Positions 40,168 to 47,405 of a stretch of 47,405 bases of DNA are shown piece by piece. Each line of letters begins with the position of its first letter. Positions within the stretch are counted from its first letter, which is position 1. Both the position numbers and the translations under genes were made by a program. A model generated the notes under the pieces. It made no database searches, had not been told where the DNA came from, and saw nothing but the letters and a program-made list of their open reading frames with translations. The DNA is from Perkinsus olseni (taxonomy: Eukaryota): positions 1 through 47,405 of the forward strand of contig JABANN010000250.1 in the NCBI GenBank assembly GCA_013115125.1, in the 5' to 3' direction.

Positions 40168-40746
40168 GGAGGTATCCAAGAGATGTCTTTGGACTCATAT
40201 GACGTATAAACACTAGGCTGATTGAATGGCATATAACTCAGGTGAAATATTCGATAAACACGTTATTTGAATACACACCCTCCGAGCCAATGGATTGTTG
40301 CGTTAGTTCATCTCAGTGATACTCCGCAATTAACACAAGACGCGTCTCAACCTCTGCTCACCTCCATTTGAGTCTTGATCAGGACGGCTCTTGTACCTCT
40401 GCAGGCTGCCCATCACACGACGAAATAGTCCTCTCGCGAATGCTAACTTCCCGACAGTATCCATCGAGAATTGGGTTCTAGACGAGATCGTCCACACATG
40501 CTTGAAGCGATATTCTGTGCTATACCTTCGACTAAAGTCGCACCTCTGAATCACCCTATTCGCTACCCAAGGGACAGCCAGTCTCCTTTTGGACGTTCAA
40601 TTCTCCTGCCCAAGAGGAAGACATTGTGACTCATTCCAATCCAAAGGGGGCACAAAAAAGCTTTGTGCAGCGCTGTAGCGTGTCCCCCTGCCGCTCTCTC
40701 CAGCAAACATCATCAACGGTTCAATAGACTCCGTATTTGTTTCAAC

Positions 40747-42723
40747 ATGTCTGATAAGAAAACTCCCGCTATCGGAATTGATCTTGGTACCACCTACTCC
40801 TGCGTTGGTGTCTGGAAGAACGACGCCGTCGAGATCATCGCCAATGACCAGGGTAACCGTACCACTCCCTCCTACGTCGCCTTCACCGACACCGAAAGGT
40901 TGATCGGCGATGCCGCCAAGAACCAGGTTGCCAGGAACCCCGAGAACACTGTCTTCGACGCCAAGCGTCTCATCGGCCGTAAGTACGACGATCCCGTTGT
41001 CCAGCACGATAAGAAGATGTGGCCTTTCAAGGTCATGAGTGGTTCCGACGACAAGCCGATCATTGAGGTTCACTACAAGGGTGAGGCCAAGCAGTTCCAT
41101 GCTGAGGAGATCTCCTCTATGGTTCTCGGTTATATGAAGGAGACCGCCGAGGCCTTTTTGGGCTCCAAGGTTAATGATGCCGTCATTACCGTCCCCGCTT
41201 ACTTCAACGATTCCCAGAGGCAGGCCACTAAGGATGCTGGTTCCATTGCCGGTCTCAACGTCCTCCGTATCATCAACGAGCCCACCGCCGCCGCTATTGC
41301 CTATGGTCTCGATAAGAAGGGTGAGGGTGAGAAGAACGTCCTCATCTACGATCTTGGTGGCGGAACCTTCGATGTCTCCCTCTTGACTATTGAGGATGGT
41401 ATCTTCGAGGTCAAGGCCACCGCTGGTGATACTCATTTGGGTGGTGAGGATTTCGATAACCGTATCCTCGACTTCTGCATGCAGGACTTCAAGCGCAAGA
41501 ACCGCGGCAAGACTATCGAGGGCAACCAGAGGGCCATGCGTCGTCTCCGTACCCAGTGCGAGCGCGCTAAGAGGACTCTCTCTTCCTCTACCCAGGCCAC
41601 TATTGAGATCGACTCTCTCTTCGAGGGTATCGATTACAACTGTACTCTCTCTCGTGCCCGTTTCGAGGAGCTCTGCATGGACTACTTCCGTAACACCATG
41701 GGCCCTGTCGAGAAGGTCCTCCGTGATTCCGGTATTGACAAGAGGAGCGTCAACGAGATCGTCCTTGTCGGCGGTTCCACCCGTATTCCCAAGGTCCAGT
41801 CCATGATCAAGGAATTCTTCAACGGCAAGGAGCCCGCCAAGTCCATCAACCCTGATGAGGCCGTCGCCTACGGTGCCGCCGTTCAGGCTGCCATTCTCAC
41901 TGGTGAGGGTTCCAGCCAGGTCCAGGATCTCTTGCTTTTGGATGTGACTCCTCTTTCCCTCGGTCTCGAGACTGCTGGCGGTGTCATGACCAAGCTCATT
42001 GAGCGGAACACCACCATCCCTACCAAGAAGGCCCAGACCTTCACCACCTACGCTGATAACCAGCCTGGTGTGTTGATCCAGGTCTTCGAGGGCGAGCGTG
42101 CCATGACCAAGGATAACAACCTTCTTGGCAAGTTCCAGCTCGAGGGCATTCCTCCGGCTCCTCGTGGTGTCCCCCAGATCGAGGTCACCTTCGATATCGA
42201 TGCCAACGGTATCCTCAACGTGAGTGCTCAGGATAAGTCCACTGGCAAGAGCAACAAGATCACCATCACCAACGAGAAGGGCCGTCTTTCCCAGTCTGAT
42301 ATTGACCGTATGGTCGATGAGGCTGAGAAGTACAAGGCTGAGGATGAGGCCAACAAGGAGAAGATCGAAGCCAAGAACGGTCTCGAGAACTACTGCTACA
42401 CTTTGAAGAACACTCTTCAGGACGAGAAGCTCAAGGATAAGATCTCTGACGAAGACAAGGCCGCCATCGAGAAGGCTGTTGATGAGGCTCTCGAGTGGTT
42501 GGACAAGAACCAGTTGGCCGAGAAGGAAGAGTTCGAGGCCAAGCAGAAGGAGGTTGAGGGTATTGTCAACCCCATCATGATGAAGGTCTACCAGGCCGCT
42601 GGCGGTGACGCTGGTGCCGCGCCCGGTGCCGCTCCTGGTGCTCCCGGTGCTCCTGGCGCCCCTGGCGCTGGTGCTGCCCCTACCGGTAGCAGTTCCGGTC
42701 CCACTGTTGAGGAAGTTGACTAA
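40747..42723 (+). CDS. HSP70: Cytosolic Hsp70, copy 3 (intronless)
   Basis: [18 protein letters not shown]..; GAP-repeat tail; GPTVEEVD. Confidence 0.99.
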   Translation: MSDKKTPAIGIDLGTTYSCVGVWKNDAVEIIANDQGNRTTPSYVAFTDTERLIGDAAKNQVARNPENTVFDAKRLIGRKYDDPVVQHDKKMWPFKVMSGSDDKPIIEVHYKGEAKQFHAEEISSMVLGYMKETAEAFLGSKVNDAVITVPAYFNDSQRQATKDAGSIAGLNVLRIINEPTAAAIAYGLDKKGEGEKNVLIYDLGGGTFDVSLLTIEDGIFEVKATAGDTHLGGEDFDNRILDFCMQDFKRKNRGKTIEGNQRAMRRLRTQCERAKRTLSSSTQATIEIDSLFEGIDYNCTLSRARFEELCMDYFRNTMGPVEKVLRDSGIDKRSVNEIVLVGGSTRIPKVQSMIKEFFNGKEPAKSINPDEAVAYGAAVQAAILTGEGSSQVQDLLLLDVTPLSLGLETAGGVMTKLIERNTTIPTKKAQTFTTYADNQPGVLIQVFEGERAMTKDNNLLGKFQLEGIPPAPRGVPQIEVTFDIDANGILNVSAQDKSTGKSNKITITNEKGRLSQSDIDRMVDEAEKYKAEDEANKEKIEAKNGLENYCYTLKNTLQDEKLKDKISDEDKAAIEKAVDEALEWLDKNQLAEKEEFEAKQKEVEGIVNPIMMKVYQAAGGDAGAAPGAAPGAPGAPGAPGAGAAPTGSSSGPTVEEVD

Positions 42724-43979
42724 GTCAAGATTGAGCTCCTGTAGGGGTGTTTTCTCGATGTTTTTAATTCCATCAACTATTGCATTCGCTTTTGGAGGAA
42801 AATACACTTCTCTTGAAGAAACTTGCTTCAAATACCCTAACGTCGTCATAGTTGGGTTTCGTCAATTTGGATTGTCTGTCCTGATTGTTGTTGCGAACGA
42901 CTGGTTTGCTGTCGCTTCGCATATTAGTTCTACATCGTTTCACAGCGAACTCACTAGGCGGTGAATCCTCACACACAATACTGAAAGTGGTGGAGCGCGT
43001 GTATATCCGTAGTTAAGACTTCTTCGCTCAAGCGAGTCGGCGAAGGCCTGCTGATGCGACGATGAGCCAATTTTCACGGGCACACGAGTCGTCACGGTCT
43101 CCGGAAGAGGAGTCAATCGGCTTATGTGCGTGCGGAGAGACCTTTTCACAACATTCGTATTCTCTGGTGGTGTAGTCGTCATTGCTGAGTGCTGGACACC
43201 TCTCAGCCAGGAGTTCGGTTCCTGCGAATTATGTTATATCTGACTTTTGCTCCGCATTCATTGATGATATCAGTCACGAGCACATCAGCGCACACCCCAG
43301 AACGAGACAAACCTTTCGCTCGCGTCTTAAGTATCGTTTGACTGACTCTACTCGTGTTGACATGTTGTGAAACAAATTGTTTCAAACAATTCTGCCAGTC
43401 GGTCGCGGGGAGCTTCCAGTTTCCGTCCACCATAGTGCCACCTTCTCACGGAGAAAGCACGTGGGAAGGTTCTCAGGCGCGCTCATGCTTCCTCATTGAG
43501 AAGGTTTACAGGAGATTTTGTCCGATTCAGCGTTCTCATGGTTCACTGTTGACGTGGACAATCCGCCAGAGGGTAAGCCTTTTCGGCGGCTTGATGACTT
43601 CATCATAGGTTTTACCGTCCACTTCGACGCAAAACAGCTGCCATTGCAGAAGTGAAAGTGTTGTAGTTACGACGAAGACAGATAATCAGGGCAGTTCCAT
43701 TATCACAGAACAAATCAACGAGAGTAGCAATGCTTCCGCACACCTCAACCGTTCCGACCAGGGTTACTACTTTTACTACCACTACGACATCATAGACGGC
43801 GGAAAAAGAAGCATAAAAATGCCCGGCCGAGCCACAGCAGCTACGCAGCTTCGGGCGGCAACAGAATACGACAACTACTGACGAAGACGAAAAGGACGAC
43901 GTTCTATCGAGCAACTACAACACTTTAAGGATGGTATACGAGATTCACATAATGAATCATATCCCTCTCTTGCCAACAG

Positions 43980-45084
43980 TTACTTGGCGTACTTCCTGAT
44001 GGCCTCGTCAGTCAAAACCGCTACATGCTCCAAATCACGGAAATGCTGAGAAATGAGTCGCGATGAATCAGCGAGAATATGACCATCTCACCTCGTTGTA
44101 ATCCAAGCAGAAGCCGACGATGAAGTCATCAGGCACCTGGCAGTGAGGAAGGGTAAATTCAAATTCCCGCAAGGACAGACTCTACCGAGAACCCGACAAA
44201 GTCCCCCTTGAACCCGCAGGACTTATCCGTCCGTTTCTCGACAAGCGTGGCCACCTGCAAGCAACCAACAGTCACCCGAAGGTTGAAGATACGAAGTTGG
44301 TCACCGCCGCCGTCTACCCTAATCGATCTGGGCCCGAACGTCTCCAGATGCTTGCAAAATTTGGAAAGGGTGTTGCCAGTGTCGACGATATCCTCAACAA
44401 TAAGGACATCCTGATCCTTCAGTACCTATCAAAAACGGTCCTCCTCTTGGGACTTCGAAAACCTATTTAGCTACTGATAAGTCATCAGCCATCACGTTCA
44501 GTTTCCCTGTACTCTGAGTGTTGTGGTAACTCTTAATTCTTACGTAATGTTCTTGGTAGGGCGCATGGTGCATGTTCGCCGTATACCTACCAACCAGCAC
44601 GACTCACCGCTCCCCGGCCGTCGTCGACTCTCACCTGTGGATGCGGTTGAGGTATCCGACCAACTCAGAGAAGAAGCCACGACTGCCCTTCAGAATGCAC
44701 AGCAAATGCAATTTGGTATCTCCGTAACTACCGGTGTCGAAAAATTCGACCGCTGCGCCACGAAATTGTGTACGGCTCACGATCTGCGGATATCCATCGC
44801 GAGCTTCTCCGTGCGGTCCAGAATCAAACCCTTCGGAAGCATTATCTTCTTAAGATCATTCTTGTAATGCGGGGGTATAAGAAAGTGCTCCAAGTGGTAC
44901 ATCTCCCTGCAACAACCAACAGCATGCTCATCGCCTTACAGCCCGACCGCTGCAATTACTCATCGCTGTCCTTCACAAAGATGGGCTCCTTGCGACCAAC
45001 TCCCTTACCGACGTAGTCATACGAGTAGCCACCCTTCGGGGAGAGCGCCGCGTCCTGCTCAGTAGCGTCGGTTGAGTGAGACAT
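43980..45084 (-). CDS. HGPRT: Hypoxanthine-guanine(-xanthine) phosphoribosyltransferase
   Basis: [15 protein letters not shown] (apicomplexan-like N-terminus), [30 protein letters not shown] (PRPP motif), [25 protein letters not shown]. Confidence 0.95.
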
Positions 45085-45154
45085 AACTACGAGCAAACGA
45101 ATAAACGTCGAAAAGGACATCAGGAAAAATATCTTTTGCTCGATCCCCAAGGAC

Positions 45155-47405
45155 TCAACACCAACCATAGTCAACCTCAAGATACCACATCAAAGCATCG
45201 GTGGTTGGACGCATGCGGGCTGCTGTGTCCCCGAGGAGGCTCCTCGTACCCTCACAACTGTACCGCCGCCTCCCATGCTCACCACCGGCATCATGCGGAC
45301 CCCCGGGTCCATAGGGAGGTTGGAGAAGGCCACCTATCCAGAGGTATCCGAGGTCGACCATGGACCAAGAGAGAGTTATACACCACCTCGTAGGGTCCGT
45401 CGTTGACCGCATAGAGAAGCGCTCCCGGATTGCCATTGATACCACGGAGATCAACCATAACGCTGATCTGAGCGGAGAGGGCAGGATCCGAACCGACGAC
45501 CTTCCGATTACCAAATCCCCCTCTCTGATGAGCCGATCCCCCGCTGGTCTGTCTTGCCACGGCTCGTCATCGCTCGACAGACCTAAGTGCAGACCGAGCC
45601 CCACACGATTTGATACTCCTACTTGACCGCGACGTCGTGATGAGTCTCCAAGGCTTCCCATGGCCTTCGCCATGCACGCCGAACTGGACCTGCGGTCTGT
45701 GTGGGCACTTCGCCACTATTTCAAGCGACCACTGGTACAGCCCTCCTGGGCACAGCGACAGACTCCCTACCACACACCGCGTCACCACTGACCAGCCAGC
45801 GAGTCCCCTCACCACCAACAGGGATGACCCAGCCCATCTCCGGGTAGTCGCCTCTCTTCATAACTTGCTCTCCTTGAGGACCGCTCACCTCGAACTCACT
45901 GCTGTATCTGACGACCATGGTAGTCCTGGAAAAATCCGGGAATAGCAGAAACTACTCAGCACTCGGACGCCACATGAAAGGCGGCGGATGGAACTGATGC
46001 GGGCCTCCGCTCGGTCTCGCCACCACACCTCCCTGCTGCTGCTGTGACCGCCTTAGTTGGTCTTCCTTCGCCCGCCGAACCTCCGACAAAGTTACGAAAG
46101 GAGTGGTATACCGAGCCCACACTACCATTTCGCGAAGCTCGTTTTTCTCTATTAGTAGTTGTCTTAAGTTGGCCTCACTGTCCTTCAGGTGCCTACAAGC
46201 GTCGAGGGGCGCCAAGCCATCAACATCCGTCTGGTGCCGCCAGTCGTCGAGTTGAGGAGACGCAAGATTGCAAGATCCTGGCCTACGCCGCCATTCTGTC
46301 CAGTGCTTCCTCCACCACACCGCGGCCCCCTGTTGCATCAGAGGCTGCTTTAACCTGACAACCAACGATGGACGAAGAGCAGCCCCCCGGTACACGAGAT
46401 ACCAGTGCTACTCACCTCTCGCCACGCCGTTCCGTCATTTGTTGCTGCCTGTTGACCGAAAGATGCTCCGGCAAGGTTGTACATTGGGGACAGTTGTAAA
46501 ATCTGATAGCGATCACAACAGCCTGCAAGACGACCGTAGAGGTGGCACTGAACGCAAGGCTGATGCAGGGAATCGGGCACTACTCAACTAAGGAGCGAAT
46601 CGAATGATGATGTTCTCGTATCGTCTACGGGGCTTCTGCCACCACCACCACCACCATCACCATCACACTGTGGGGCAGGGAAAAAAGTCGCTACGCTATT
46701 TACAAGGTTTCGATGATGATGATGATGACAACGACGGGGTTGTTGACGGCGGCATGAGGACAAACAATGATGATAATCTCAGAGGAGACATTCGCGGTCG
46801 TAGTGGTGGTTTGTGAAGGCTGCTGCTTCTGCTTCTGCTTCTGCTGCTGCTGCAAGGACGAGAGGTAACACAGAAATGATACACCAGCGGCGCGTCTCGC
46901 AGCTACTAGATGGTAAACCGGTGGTAAGAACCCATGATGATAATAATAATAATAATAATAATGAGAGGCTCCCCGCAATCGCCAAAATACTAGACAAGAG
47001 TCGTCTTAGTTTCACCTTACTCGACTTTCTATCGGCGTCTAGGAACACTATCAGTAGTAGTAGCTGCCAAATGATGATGACCACTGGACTCGTAGCGATC
47101 CTTTCTCATGACCGAAGACGACAGCGGCGTCCCTCGGCGCCGCGGACTGTGCATGTTGAGCTTCTGAAGGAGCGGAGCGAAGTCACTTACTTGATGGCTT
47201 CGCTTGGGTGGGCGTTACCTGGTTGATGCCGTTAGTGGGCCCGTCTGGTGGTCCGGTAAGGAAGTGCTCCTTCATCTGAATTTCCATCATCCCAGGATCT
47301 CCTCTCCCCTTATTAATTTGGAAAATCCTCCGTTCGGTGTAGACCCGCCTTAGAAGGGTTTTAGTCTCCTCAACAGCCGCCAAATACCTGAACATTGTTA
47401 TTACT
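45155..47405 (-). CDS. Partial gene (5' end beyond window): coiled-coil/low-complexity region followed by a C-terminal SPRY/B30.2-like domain
   Basis: Spliced C-terminus CVVGSLSL..GLYQWSLEI..VQFGV..REGDLV|ISVMVDLRG..GALLYAVNDG..|VAFSNLP..MPVVSM resembles the SPRY pattern. Stop at 45190 or 45155. Confidence 0.55.
46600..47080. repeat. Cluster of short microsatellites: (CAC)n, (GAT)n, (GCTTCT)n, (AAT)n, (AGT)n
   Basis: Read directly, e.g. ~46640-46666, ~46712-46727, ~46822-46852, ~46940-46962. Confidence 0.9.

Noticed and set aside
38221-42849. 652-aa and 750-aa antisense ORFs over Hsp70 copies 2 and 3 (and 337 aa over copy 1)
   Set aside because: Well-known shadow of Hsp70 codon bias (few TTA/CTA/TCA codons); they mirror the sense frame and show no independent features.
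43612-43914. 100-aa minus-strand ORF downstream of HGPRT
   Set aside because: Non-ATG start and low-complexity triplet content; most likely 3' UTR.

Overview
Compact, intron-rich eukaryotic genomic DNA. I infer a Perkinsus-like alveolate from the short (~45-60 nt) GT-AG introns, alveolate-type Hsp70 and HGPRT, and tightly packed co-oriented genes. Gene models were spliced by hand. Plus-strand block (1-25.5 kb): 3' end of an unknown gene, an LMW phosphatase with a CTGNTCRS loop, a probable decayed non-LTR retroelement (minus), a Rab GTPase, a class I DAHP synthase, a ~1,140-aa helical-repeat protein, SUV3 helicase, an OFD1-like protein with an intronic tRNA-Lys(CTT), and two paralogous secreted proteins. 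Minus block (26.2-35.3 kb): thiolase, two intronless ammonium transporters, a degenerate mitochondrial-carrier-fold protein and a coiled-coil protein. Then three tandem intronless cytosolic Hsp70 genes (+), HGPRT and a partial SPRY-like gene (-). Best leads: (1) a secreted signal-peptide + NLS + leucine-zipper protein pair, candidate host-nuclear effectors; (2) oversized introns that fold into sense-strand multi-helix structures; (3) a YwlE-type arginine-phosphatase signature; (4) a gate/C-tail-divergent Amt paralog; (5) an MTCH-like carrier. No database searches were run.
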